Positions 1 through 9,572 of a stretch of 32,000 nt of DNA are shown piece after piece. Below the pieces are notes generated by a model. That model did not search any database and had not been told where the DNA came from. It saw nothing but the letters and a program-made list of their open reading frames with translations. The position numbers were made by a program, and so were the translations under genes. Position 1 is the first letter of the stretch. Each line of letters opens with the position of its first letter. Origin of the DNA: Caedibacter taeniospiralis (lineage in GTDB: Bacteria; Pseudomonadota; Gammaproteobacteria; Francisellales; Francisellaceae); NCBI RefSeq assembly GCF_002803295.2, contig NZ_PGGB02000005.1:61969-93968 (forward strand). The letters are read 5' to 3'.

Positions 1-234
1 CAAACCTTTTGGCATAGAATCAAGTATTATGCTGAACTGGCAGGGATCAATAAAGAGATTTCGCCACACACCTTGCGTCATGCCTTTGCGACACATTTGC
101 TTAATCACGGTGCAGATTTGCGTTCTGTACAAATGTTATTAGGGCACAGCAGTGTCTCAACGACAACGATTTACACGCATGTTTCCCAAGTGCGTTTGTT
201 GCAGTTATATAAAATTCACCATCCACGGGCTTAG
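1..234 (+). CDS. xerD: Tyrosine recombinase XerD, C-terminal part (5' truncated by window edge)
   Basis: Frame 1 translation [77 protein letters not shown] contains the HxLRHxFATHLL...LGH...TxxYTH recombinase box and the XerD-like C-terminus HHPRA. Confidence 0.88.
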   Translation, partial: QTFWHRIKYYAELAGINKEISPHTLRHAFATHLLNHGADLRSVQMLLGHSSVSTTTIYTHVSQVRLLQLYKIHHPRA

Positions 235-710
235 GCTTTATTTTCACTACTTTCCAGAAGCTTGCGCACTTTCACGACTTTAATCCAGTAGATAATGTAG
301 ATGACAATACACGCGATAGAAGCAAACGGTGAAATAATGGGAACAAAGGTGACAATAGGTAAAATTACCAGGGCAAGACCCAGAATAAACAGGGTGTCAC
401 CGCGAAGTTTAATCGCCATATCCTGATATTTTTTAAGGGCATTGCCAACGCCAAATGGTAAGACAATCCACTGAAAAACATAGCCAACAACAGGTACAAG
501 AAATAACCAGGCAAACCATGGTTTACTGATTTGCTTATCATTGTCGATGACTTTTAAGAGTTTGTAAACGCTCCATGAAAATAGAATGGAGAAGAGATAA
601 AAAACAACGATCATTATTAAAAGTGCAATTCCAACACCCATGATGGAATAGGGATCAGTTGAAGTTGTCGTGCTTTGGATGCTGATGTTGGTGACGGTTT
701 CCTGATTCAT
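231..710 (-). CDS. Small multi-pass membrane protein of unknown function
   Basis: 159 aa ORF with several hydrophobic segments; stop overlaps the xerD stop convergently. Confidence 0.6.
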   Translation of the reverse strand: MNQETVTNISIQSTTTSTDPYSIMGVGIALLIMIVVFYLFSILFSWSVYKLLKVIDNDKQISKPWFAWLFLVPVVGYVFQWIVLPFGVGNALKKYQDMAIKLRGDTLFILGLALVILPIVTFVPIISPFASIACIVIYIIYWIKVVKVRKLLESSENKA

Positions 711-802
711 GGGTTTAGGCTCCTTATTTTAACCTCAATAAATGTGTGCTAAGTATGGCAAAATCCTGCTGATTTTAAAACTATGATAACGACCAAATGA
801 GA

Positions 803-1513
803 TTAAACAGTTAAGCTTACCAGGGAAATATTTTCATTCGTGTCAATATGAATATAACTTCCGCTGTTAAACCAGTCCCCCAGCACATAACGGGTATACC
901 CTTTTTCATAATGTACATTCAACATGTGTGTGTGCCCATGAATAAGGGTTTGATACTGATTCAGGTATTTTTGAATGCCTTTTTCGGTGACATCAATGAC
1001 TTTATATTGAGCATTTTTGTGTTTGCTTTGTCTGCGAATTTTCTGCGCAATTTTTTGCCTTAATGGGCGAGGTAATGCCAGGTAAAGCTTTTGAATGAGT
1101 CTGCTTCTGACAAATTGACGAAAAATCTGGTAGCTTTTGTCATCGGTGCAAAGCAGATCGCCGTGCATAAGCAAAATGGCTTTATGCTCAAGGTTTAATA
1201 CATAGGGATCAGGAATAAGTTCGAGCTTAGCCTTCCTGGCAAATGTTTTTCCAATGAGAAAGTCGCGATTGCCGTGCATAAAGTAGACCTGTAATCCTTG
1301 ATCATGCGCGTTGGACAGCAGTTTAATAATATGTTGCTGGAAATCACTGATAACATCATCACCTACCCAATAGTCAAAGAAGTCTCCTAATATAAACAGT
1401 GTATTATCCGTGATGCTGATTTGTGATAGAAACTCTGCAAATAAGGAAGTCGCTTCAGGGCGGGCTTCACTTAAATGCAAATCTGCGATGATGTAATAGT
1501 TTTGATAACTCAT
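803..1513 (-). CDS. lpxH: UDP-2,3-diacylglucosamine diphosphatase
   Basis: IADLHLSE, GDFFDYWVGDD, FMHGNRDFLIG, LLMHGDLLCTDD and GHTH metallophosphatase motifs in LpxH arrangement. Confidence 0.9.
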   Translation of the reverse strand: MSYQNYYIIADLHLSEARPEATSLFAEFLSQISITDNTLFILGDFFDYWVGDDVISDFQQHIIKLLSNAHDQGLQVYFMHGNRDFLIGKTFARKAKLELIPDPYVLNLEHKAILLMHGDLLCTDDKSYQIFRQFVRSRLIQKLYLALPRPLRQKIAQKIRRQSKHKNAQYKVIDVTEKGIQKYLNQYQTLIHGHTHMLNVHYEKGYTRYVLGDWFNSGSYIHIDTNENISLVSLTV

Positions 1514-1692
1514 TTAGTGTTTTTAGTGCTTTGTTTATTCAATAACGCGTGTTTAGTATAACAAGGATCCCGTCTATGAAAATCATTAATTCAGGTCAAT
1601 TGTGTAATCCATTGACCAGTGGTGGTATCCGCTACAATTTTGGTAGTGTTTGGTGTAGTATTTGGCGCATTGCAAAGAGGGTAAACAGAACA

Positions 1693-3111
1693 ATGCAAAG
1701 CAATTTACAAAAAGCGCGTGTCTTAGTCGTGGGCGACTTAATGCTGGATCGTTATTACTATGGTGCCACTGAACGTATTTCTCCTGAGGCACCCGTGCCT
1801 GTGGTACATGTTAAAACGATTCAGGATCGAGCAGGAGGGGCAGGTAACGTCGCACTGAATATTGCTTCACTTGAGGGTAAGGCGGGTATTTGTGCGATGG
1901 TGGGTCAAGATGAACCTGCTCAAATCTTAGAAAAATTTTTCGCTGAGCAATCGATTCAAGCACATTTAATGGGAACACATTTACCAACGATCACTAAATT
2001 AAGGGTGTTATCACAAAAGCAACAACTTTTGCGTTTGGATTTTGAAGAAGGATTTAGCCAGATTGATGGTGCTTTATTGGCAAAGAATGTGAGTAAAGTT
2101 ATCGGGCAGTATAATGTGATGATTTTATCGGATTACGGCAAAGGTACATTACAGGATGCTAGAAGCTTAATTGCCTTGGCAAAGTCACGTGATATAGCCG
2201 TACTTGTTGATCCTAAAGGCAATGATTTTAGTATTTATCAGGGAGCGAGCTTAATTACTCCCAATCGCAAAGAATTTGAAGCAGTTGTGGGTAAATGCCA
2301 TGATGAAAAAGAGCTCGTTGAGAAAGCCAGAGGGCTCATTAGAGCATGTCAATTGGGTGGCTTATTGATTACACGCAGTGAAGAGGGGATGACACTTGTG
2401 TTAAACACAGGTGAGCTCACAACGATCCCCACTGTTGCCAAAGAAGTGTTTGATGTAACTGGTGCGGGAGATACCGTGATTGCCGTGATGGCGATGGCTA
2501 TCTCTTGTGGTTATGATCTAATTTCAGCGATGCGCTTAGCTAATGCTGCTGCGGGCGTTGTCGTGGGTAAAGTGGGAACTGCGACGCTTAATGCTCAGGA
2601 ACTGCACGATGCACTTCATGCGCAAACAAGGGTTGATAAAGGAATTTTAAGTGAGAGTGCACTAAAAAAAGCCATGAATGAAGTGCGTCTTCAAGGTGAA
2701 AAGGTGGTAATGACCAATGGATGTTTTGATATTTTGCATGCAGGACACGTGGAATATTTACAAAAAGCACGTGCACTGGGAGATCGGCTTATCGTTGCTG
2801 TCAATACGGATGAATCAGTAAAGCGCATTAAAGGGAATACACGTCCTTATGTGGGTTTACAGTCAAGGATGGAGGTTTTAGCGGCGCTATCTTGCGTTGA
2901 TTGGGTGGTCGCATTTGATGAAGACACCCCTAAACGGATTATATCTGAGATTTTACCCGATATTTTAGTCAAGGGTGCTGACTATGAGATCGATCAGATT
3001 GCGGGTGCCAGGGAGGTCATGGCAGCAGGGGGAGAGGTTAAAACCATCACCTTAAAACCAGATCACTCCAGCACATCAATTATTGAAAAAATTAAGACAA
3101 CAATAAACTGA
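1693..3111 (+). CDS. hldE: Bifunctional heptose 7-phosphate kinase / heptose 1-phosphate adenylyltransferase
   Basis: PfkB kinase domain (ARVLVVGDLMLDRYYYG, DVTGAGDTVIA) followed by nucleotidyltransferase domain (VMTNGCFDILHAGHVEYLQKAR). ORF opens at 1549 but ATG 1693 (MQSNLQKARVLVVGD) is the likely start. Confidence 0.93.
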   Translation: MQSNLQKARVLVVGDLMLDRYYYGATERISPEAPVPVVHVKTIQDRAGGAGNVALNIASLEGKAGICAMVGQDEPAQILEKFFAEQSIQAHLMGTHLPTITKLRVLSQKQQLLRLDFEEGFSQIDGALLAKNVSKVIGQYNVMILSDYGKGTLQDARSLIALAKSRDIAVLVDPKGNDFSIYQGASLITPNRKEFEAVVGKCHDEKELVEKARGLIRACQLGGLLITRSEEGMTLVLNTGELTTIPTVAKEVFDVTGAGDTVIAVMAMAISCGYDLISAMRLANAAAGVVVGKVGTATLNAQELHDALHAQTRVDKGILSESALKKAMNEVRLQGEKVVMTNGCFDILHAGHVEYLQKARALGDRLIVAVNTDESVKRIKGNTRPYVGLQSRMEVLAALSCVDWVVAFDEDTPKRIISEILPDILVKGADYEIDQIAGAREVMAAGGEVKTITLKPDHSSTSIIEKIKTTIN

Positions 3112-3146
3112 CATTTACACAAGTTTTATAAAGGGTATTAAACGAT

Positions 3147-4523
3147 ATGAAGCATGTTCATATACTGGGTATTTGCGGCACATTTATGGGTGCGCTTGCT
3201 ATTTTGGCGCGTGAAAAGGGCTATAAAGTCACAGGAAGTGACCAGAATGTTTATCCACCTATGAGTACGTACCTAAATAACCAGGGGATTGAATTAATTG
3301 AGGGTTATGACTATGACCTTTTAGCGCTTAAGCCTGACCAGGTTGTTGTTGGTAATACCATGCGTCGTGGCATGCCGATCATTGAGGATTTATTAAATAG
3401 TGATCAAGTGTATTTTTCAGCACCTCACTGGCTTTATGAAGAAGTTCTAAAAGATAAAAGGGTGATTGCCATTGCTGGAACTCATGGCAAAACTACAACG
3501 ACCTCATTGGTGATTAAGCTATTAGAAGATGCAAGTCTAAATCCAGGTTTTTTAGTGGGCGGAATCAGCCAGGATTTTGGCATTTCTTCTCGCTTAACGG
3601 ATTCCCCCTATTTTGTTATTGAAGCGGATGAGTATGATACGGCGTTTTTTGATAAAAGATCGAAATTCATGCACTATCACCCATGGATTTTAGTGATTAA
3701 TAATTTAGAGTTTGATCATGCCGATATCTTTAACAGCATGGATGACATTTATCGTCAATTTCATCATTTACTAAGAACGATGCCTGGAAAATCGATGGTT
3801 ATTTATCCAGAAGACGACCAGAATATCCTGCATCTCTTGAATATGGGGTGCTGGTCAAAGCGTATTACAGTTAGGACAAAGTCACTCGACATTTCCTCCG
3901 CCAAAGCAGATTTTAGCGAGTTTTTCCTCATTGATGAAGATAAAACGGAGCTTGTACAATGGTCAATGCTGGGGGAGTATAATGCGAGAAATGCGTTATC
4001 TGCCTATGCGGTTGCCAAAGTGCTTGGATTGTCGCTGACTGATGTGGTGCCAGGTTTCACCCATTTTAAAGGAGTAAAGCGGCGTTTAGAGTGTATTTTT
4101 CACCATGATAATTGTGCCATTTATGATGATTTTGCGCATCATCCAACGGCGGTAAGAGAAACCTTAATGGCGATGAAAGCAAAAGCTCAAACTCAAGAAA
4201 AAGTCGTGGCGATCCTGGAACCTCGATCAAACACCATGAAAATGGGGGCGCAAGAAAGTGAGCTCATCAAGGCGCTTGGCATCGCAGATGAGGTGTGGTT
4301 TTATCAAAATGGTACGATGCAGTGGCAGGCAAAGATCCACCAAAAAGAACATTTTTTAGTCTTTGATTGTGTTGATGACATTGTTGCATACTTTACTAAG
4401 CATTCAAAAGAAGACGTATTTACGCATTATGTGTTGATGAGTAATGGCTCTTTTGACGGCTTGCATCAAAAGCTGGTCAATGCAAAACAGTGGCTAATAG
4501 AAAATAGCAGAGCAGGAAAATAA
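3147..4523 (+). CDS. mpl: UDP-N-acetylmuramate:L-alanyl-gamma-D-glutamyl-meso-diaminopimelate ligase
   Basis: Mur ligase fold: MKHVHILGICGTFMGALAILA, GTHGKTTTTSLV, ALNAY-like NARNALSAYAVA, DDFAHHPTAV. Confidence 0.9.
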   Translation: MKHVHILGICGTFMGALAILAREKGYKVTGSDQNVYPPMSTYLNNQGIELIEGYDYDLLALKPDQVVVGNTMRRGMPIIEDLLNSDQVYFSAPHWLYEEVLKDKRVIAIAGTHGKTTTTSLVIKLLEDASLNPGFLVGGISQDFGISSRLTDSPYFVIEADEYDTAFFDKRSKFMHYHPWILVINNLEFDHADIFNSMDDIYRQFHHLLRTMPGKSMVIYPEDDQNILHLLNMGCWSKRITVRTKSLDISSAKADFSEFFLIDEDKTELVQWSMLGEYNARNALSAYAVAKVLGLSLTDVVPGFTHFKGVKRRLECIFHHDNCAIYDDFAHHPTAVRETLMAMKAKAQTQEKVVAILEPRSNTMKMGAQESELIKALGIADEVWFYQNGTMQWQAKIHQKEHFLVFDCVDDIVAYFTKHSKEDVFTHYVLMSNGSFDGLHQKLVNAKQWLIENSRAGK

Positions 4524-5730
4524 GGCTAAGCAGCGATCCTATCAGGAAGAATGAGCAAAAGCGAAAGGCAAAAATCTTCATTTTTTCAGCGTATTGGAAG
4601 ATAATGACATTACTTGCAGCTCCAAGCATACTTAAATTTCCTGCCAGCGTACTGCCAATACTCAAAGCAATGAGTAGCTCCGTTGAGTGGCTATTGTACT
4701 GATTAAGGACAGGCAAAAGAAGCATTACCGCAGGAACGTTGGATAAAATCTGGCTAAGCACAAAACCAATAATCACAAGGCTTAGTGGATGAATAAGCCA
4801 GTGTTGGTGTATATCCAAAAACGCCTGGGTTATCCCCGTGAGCCACACAGCGTGCATAAAAATAAACATCGCAATAAAGAAGAGTAAACTATACCAGTCA
4901 ACACCTTTGATGACCCTAAAGCGCCTAGGGTAGAATAACAAAATAGGCAGACAAGCCAGCAAGGCAATCATGCTAAGCGACAGGAAAAAATGTAGATCAA
5001 GCACGGCAAACAGTATTTTTAAAATGATTAAAGAAATAAAGATTGTCATGGCTAAATAGATAGGGACAATTTTTCGTGTTTCAAACTTGGGTGTTTCAAT
5101 GGCTGATTTTTCGATAGCTATGGGGTTTTGCAACTGCTTGTGGTAGATAAAAGTGATAATTTTATAGCAGGCATATAGGCTGATAAGACTGGGAATAATC
5201 AAATGGGTAAAAAAGCTGATAAAAGGCGAGTCAAGATATTGTGCAATTAATAAATTCTGTGGGTTGCCAACTGGGCTAAATGCGCTGCCGATTGTCATGC
5301 TAAAAGCCAGTGTGTACAAATAGGGTTGAGGCGTGAGATTAAACCGTCTGATAAGACTAATCACCGTCCCAATGCCGATGATGGCAATGGTATCGTTAAG
5401 GAGTAATGCAGAGAGTAGACCACTGCTAAAGCAGAGGACAAAAAGGAGTTTCTGTTGTGATATTTGATGGGATAAATAGTTAAACAGCAGGGTTTCAAGT
5501 AGTTTGCTGTCGTGAAGAGCGCTACCTATAAAAAATACAGCCAATAGATAGAAAATCGTTGCAAAATTAATGGCATTAAAAGCCTGCTTCAGTGTAATGT
5601 TTCCACTGATCAAAACCGCTAATGCACAGGCAGACATCACAAGCCAGATAGGTAATGAGAACTGCCCAATTTTTCGCATCGAAGCGCCTATGAGAACAAA
5701 TAAAAGTAAAATGAGTGGGAAGTATTGCAA
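4477..5730 (-). CDS. ArsB/NhaD-type (SLC13-like) anion or Na+/H+ permease
   Basis: 417 aa multi-TM protein with duplicated motifs LLLNDTIAIIGIGTVISL and ILSNVPAVMLLLPVL; 47-nt convergent overlap with mpl. Confidence 0.7.
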   Translation of the reverse strand: MQYFPLILLLFVLIGASMRKIGQFSLPIWLVMSACALAVLISGNITLKQAFNAINFATIFYLLAVFFIGSALHDSKLLETLLFNYLSHQISQQKLLFVLCFSSGLLSALLLNDTIAIIGIGTVISLIRRFNLTPQPYLYTLAFSMTIGSAFSPVGNPQNLLIAQYLDSPFISFFTHLIIPSLISLYACYKIITFIYHKQLQNPIAIEKSAIETPKFETRKIVPIYLAMTIFISLIILKILFAVLDLHFFLSLSMIALLACLPILLFYPRRFRVIKGVDWYSLLFFIAMFIFMHAVWLTGITQAFLDIHQHWLIHPLSLVIIGFVLSQILSNVPAVMLLLPVLNQYNSHSTELLIALSIGSTLAGNLSMLGAASNVIIFQYAEKMKIFAFRFCSFFLIGSLLSLIFLLCYFLLATVLH

Positions 5731-5818
5731 TTAAGACTCGAATCGCTCTGTTATAAAGTTTTGGGATTATATATCAGCTATGAACTATTTTGCAGAGATT
5801 TCACTGCTATCTTCCAGG

Positions 5819-5866
5819 GTCATATACTACCCCAAACTGTCAAGACAGTTTGGGGTAGTATATGAC
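5819..5866. repeat. Perfect inverted repeat, 23-bp arms with 2-nt spacer
   Basis: GTCATATACTACCCCAAACTGTC-AA-GACAGTTTGGGGTAGTATATGAC; the right arm is the exact reverse complement of the left. Confidence 0.97.
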
Positions 5867-5890
5867 AGCAACTATGCTTTTTGTGTGCCA

Positions 5891-5966
5891 TTATGAAAAC
5901 CTTTTTGGCGGCGAGCAGCCTTGCTTGCTTGTGGAGTCAGCTGCTCGCGTCAAAAGTTTTCGTATA
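5891..5966. repeat. Imperfect long hairpin in malQ upstream region
   Basis: GAAAACCTTTTTGGCGGCGAGCAGC (5895-5919) pairs with GCTGCTCGCGTCAAAAGTTTTC (5940-5961) with small bulges. Confidence 0.75.
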
Positions 5967-6074
5967 ACAATTAAAATCCCTTGCAAAAGGGAGAAAGTCC
6001 ATATATGGTCAGACCTGCGAGGCGAGGTAGTGCAGCAAAAATGCGTAACGCCCATCAATAAACAGGGACAAAGG

Positions 6075-7457
6075 ATGAATCAACAACGAAAAGCGGGGGT
6101 TTTGTTACACCCTACCTCGTTACCAAATGGTGTATTGGATCAACATGCTTATAAATTTATAGACTGGTTGAGTGAGTCTGATTTGGGTATATGGCAAATG
6201 TTACCTCTGACGCCACCTGTTGATGGTATCTCTCCTTATCACAGCGACTCAGCCTTTGCATTGAATACGGCGTTGTTACCAGACGACTGGCAGGTGCATT
6301 TTGATCATAAAAAATTTCAGCAATATCTTCAAAATCCCCCAGAATGGCTAGAGGATTATGTACTTTTTCAGATATTAAAAAATAAATACCATACACCTTG
6401 GTCAAAGTGGCCCCATGAATATTGCTTTAGAGACTCAAAAGCGCTGCTAAGTTTAAACATGACATTTGCAGCCGAAATATTGCAGCATAAAAAGCAGCAA
6501 TTTGCGATCTTTGACGTATGGCAAAAAGTTAAGCGCTATGCAAACCAGAAGGGTATTCAGCTTTTTGGTGATATTCCCATATTTATTACCTACAATAGCG
6601 TCGATGTGTGGGCAAATTTATCTCAATTTAAGCTCGATCAGAATCTTCAGCCACTGGTGGTCACAGGAGTCCCTCCTGATTATTTTTCTGAAGAAGGGCA
6701 GTTATGGGGAAATCCTCACTACGACTGGGGCAGGATGGAAGAAAATGGCTTTAGATGGTGGGTGAGCCGAATTGAAGAGGCATTCAAATATTTTGACCTG
6801 TTGCGTATTGATCACTTTAGGGGGCTTCAGGCGGTATGGGAAATTCCAGCAGATTCTCATACTGCAAGAAATGGACAGTGGCATAAGGTGCCTGGCAGTG
6901 CGCTATTAGATAAACTCCAGCAAAAATTCCCGGAAATGCCGTTTATCGCAGAGGATCTTGGGTTTATTACACCAGAGGTTGTGGCGTTAAAAAACAAATA
7001 TGACTTGCTGGGAATGTCTGTTTTGCAGTTTGGGTTTAATGGACATGCGAACAACCCTCATGCCCTGTATAATCAGAGTGCAAATGCGGTGGTATATACA
7101 GGAACACATGATAATGACACCTCCCTTGGCTGGTTTAATAGTTTAGATGAACCAACCCAAAAAATAGTGCTTGATCAGCTATCAGCAAAAGAAACACCTA
7201 TGCCTTGGCCTTTGATTGATGCAGCACTGGCTTCACCTGCTAGGTTATCGATTATCCCTATGCAAGACTGGCTTGGCTTTGGAACTTCGACCAGAATGAA
7301 TACGCCAGGAACGATTTCAAATAATTGGAGTTGGCGGTTTCAATGGCATGATGTACCCGAACAATTAAGCAATAAAATAAAGGCATTAGTTGAAAAGACA
7401 CAAAGATCAGAAAGTGTGATGGCTAATGCAGGTAATGAAGGGTTTCCTCATGGATAA
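6075..7457 (+). CDS. malQ: 4-alpha-glucanotransferase (amylomaltase)
   Basis: RKAGVLLHPTSLPN, IDHFRGLQAVWEIP, AEDLGFITPEV, GTHDNDTSLGWF. ATG 6075 (MNQQRKAGVLLHPTSLP) preferred over the tracked ORF start 5862. Confidence 0.93.
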   Translation: MNQQRKAGVLLHPTSLPNGVLDQHAYKFIDWLSESDLGIWQMLPLTPPVDGISPYHSDSAFALNTALLPDDWQVHFDHKKFQQYLQNPPEWLEDYVLFQILKNKYHTPWSKWPHEYCFRDSKALLSLNMTFAAEILQHKKQQFAIFDVWQKVKRYANQKGIQLFGDIPIFITYNSVDVWANLSQFKLDQNLQPLVVTGVPPDYFSEEGQLWGNPHYDWGRMEENGFRWWVSRIEEAFKYFDLLRIDHFRGLQAVWEIPADSHTARNGQWHKVPGSALLDKLQQKFPEMPFIAEDLGFITPEVVALKNKYDLLGMSVLQFGFNGHANNPHALYNQSANAVVYTGTHDNDTSLGWFNSLDEPTQKIVLDQLSAKETPMPWPLIDAALASPARLSIIPMQDWLGFGTSTRMNTPGTISNNWSWRFQWHDVPEQLSNKIKALVEKTQRSESVMANAGNEGFPHG

Positions 7458-7486
7458 AATGGAGCAATGTATACAGCAGTTACAAA

Positions 7487-9394
7487 ATGGCAGTTATCAT
7501 GATTATACTCCCCCCCCCTGTTTTAGGTGATTTAGATCTGCACTTATTTGGTGAAGGGAAACATTGGCGTATTTATCGTAAGATGGGTGCTCATTGCATG
7601 AGCATCAATGCAATAGAAGGAGTGTACTTTTGTGTGTGGGCTCCCTCAGCAAAAAGAGTTTCTGTGGTTGGAAGCTTTAATAACTGGAATGGTCTGCGGC
7701 ATTTAATGCGTGGTCTTGGCAACTCTGGTGTCTGGGAAATATTTATCCCCGAAGTGCAAGCGGGAGATGCGTATAAGTACGAAATTTTAACGCAAAAAGA
7801 TCAGTGTCTGATCAAAACTGACCCGTATGCAATGTCTATGGAGCTTAGACCCTCGAGCAATTCTATTGTCAGCACGTCTGGGTATTTATGGAAAGATAAG
7901 CATTGGCTACGTGCTCGCAAACAATTTCAGTGGCAACATGAGCCGATCAATATCTATGAGGTGCATTTAGGCTCCTGGCAACGTGAGAGTGATGGTCGGT
8001 TTTTAAATTATAAAGTGTTAGCACATAAATTGGTTGAGTACCTTAAATGGATGGCGTACACCCACATTGAATTGCTGCCAATTATGGAACATCCTCTTGA
8101 TGAATCCTGGGGATATCAGGTCTCAGGATACTATGCTCCCACCAGTCGTTTCGGAACTCCTGATGATTTTCGCTATTTTGTCGATTATTGTCATCAAAAT
8201 AATATTGGGGTATTTTTAGACTGGGTGCCTGCCCATTTCCCAAAAGATATATTTGCCTTAGGCAGATTTGATGGCACGGCGTTATATGAGCACGCCGATC
8301 CCCGTCAAGGTGAGCACCAGGATTGGGGGACCTATATTTTTAATTATAATCGCAATGAAGTCCGTAATTTTCTGATTGCAAATGCCTTATATTGGATTGA
8401 TGAGTTCCACATAGATGGGCTGCGTGTTGATGCGGTAGCCTCAATGCTTTATTTAAATTACTCGCGCAAAGAAGGTCAGTGGATTCCCAATGAATTTGGT
8501 GGGCATGAAAACCTTGAAGCCATTGAGTTTTTAAAAACTTTAAATATTGAAGTTCACTCTCAGCATCCAGGTGTGGTGATGATGGCAGAGGAATCGACCT
8601 CGTGGCCTATGGTCTCTAAACCAACGAGTATGGGAGGTATTGGTTTTTCGATGAAATGGAATATGGGCTGGATGAATGATACATTGAAGTATTTCCAATA
8701 TGATCCCATTTATCGCCAGTTTCACCACAATGAATTAACGTTTTCTCAAACCTATGCCTATAGCGAAAATTTCGTTTTACCGCTTTCTCATGACGAGGTC
8801 GTTCATCTAAAGCATGCCCTGATCAATAAAATGCCAGGTGATGACTGGCAAAAAATGGCAAATCTTCGTTTGTTGTTTGGATATCAACAGCTGACACCTG
8901 GTAAGAAGCTATTGTTCATGGGCGCTGAGTTTGCACAATGGAATGAATGGAGTGAAAAAAAAGCCCTTGACTGGTATTTATGTGAACATCCCTCTCACCG
9001 AGGAATTATGCGTTTGGTTCGCGATCTAAATCACTTATATCGACAGGAGAAAGCATTGCATCAGTATGATTTTGAACAACGGGGATTTAGGTGGATAGAC
9101 TGTAATGATCACAGCCAGTCTATTCTAAGTTTCATACGCCAAACAGAAAATGCACAATTAGTTTGTGTGTTTAATTTTACGCCAGTTAAACGCGCTTCCT
9201 ATCGAATTGGTTTGCCTGAGCCTGGTCTTTACAAAGAATTACTCAATTCGGACTCCACTTACTATGGAGGCTCAAATATTGGTTGTTTTGGGCAAGTCCA
9301 TTCAGTAAACATTCCTTGTATGGGTTGCCAAGATTCTGTTGAGATTGTGATCCCTCCATTAGCATTTATCGTATTAAAGAAAATGGCTGAGTGA
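7487..9394 (+). CDS. glgB: 1,4-alpha-glucan branching enzyme
   Basis: CBM48-like N-domain (VYFCVWAPSAKRVSVVGSFNNWNG), GH13 motifs (DWVPAHFP, GLRVDAVASMLYLNY, VMMAEEST, LSHDEVVH). Confidence 0.94.
   Translation: MAVIMIILPPPVLGDLDLHLFGEGKHWRIYRKMGAHCMSINAIEGVYFCVWAPSAKRVSVVGSFNNWNGLRHLMRGLGNSGVWEIFIPEVQAGDAYKYEILTQKDQCLIKTDPYAMSMELRPSSNSIVSTSGYLWKDKHWLRARKQFQWQHEPINIYEVHLGSWQRESDGRFLNYKVLAHKLVEYLKWMAYTHIELLPIMEHPLDESWGYQVSGYYAPTSRFGTPDDFRYFVDYCHQNNIGVFLDWVPAHFPKDIFALGRFDGTALYEHADPRQGEHQDWGTYIFNYNRNEVRNFLIANALYWIDEFHIDGLRVDAVASMLYLNYSRKEGQWIPNEFGGHENLEAIEFLKTLNIEVHSQHPGVVMMAEESTSWPMVSKPTSMGGIGFSMKWNMGWMNDTLKYFQYDPIYRQFHHNELTFSQTYAYSENFVLPLSHDEVVHLKHALINKMPGDDWQKMANLRLLFGYQQLTPGKKLLFMGAEFAQWNEWSEKKALDWYLCEHPSHRGIMRLVRDLNHLYRQEKALHQYDFEQRGFRWIDCNDHSQSILSFIRQTENAQLVCVFNFTPVKRASYRIGLPEPGLYKELLNSDSTYYGGSNIGCFGQVHSVNIPCMGCQDSVEIVIPPLAFIVLKKMAE
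7510..7518 (+). repeat. Nine-base poly-C homopolymer within glgB 5' coding sequence
   Basis: ATT ATA CTC CCC CCC CCT GTT gives nine consecutive C (7510-7518) at codons 8-11 of glgB. Confidence 0.95.
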
Positions 9395-9572
9395 TAAGGG
9401 ATATCAAGTTTAATAAGATACCCATTTGACGGTAGTAGTAGGGTGGAGATCCCTAAACTTATGGGCTTTACGTCATTGTGAGCGAGGATATTGTCCCAAT
9501 GCCAAAAAGTCTGCAAAATAGTTTACGATGAGTATATAATGCGGATCATTGAATTATCGATCAACCATCAAC

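Noticed and set aside
848-1063. + strand ORF inside lpxH
   Set aside because: Fully antisense to a well-supported gene, no recognisable domain.
2588-2776. - strand ORF inside hldE
   Set aside because: Antisense ORF with low-complexity, His-rich composition and no homology signal; shadow of the coding frame.
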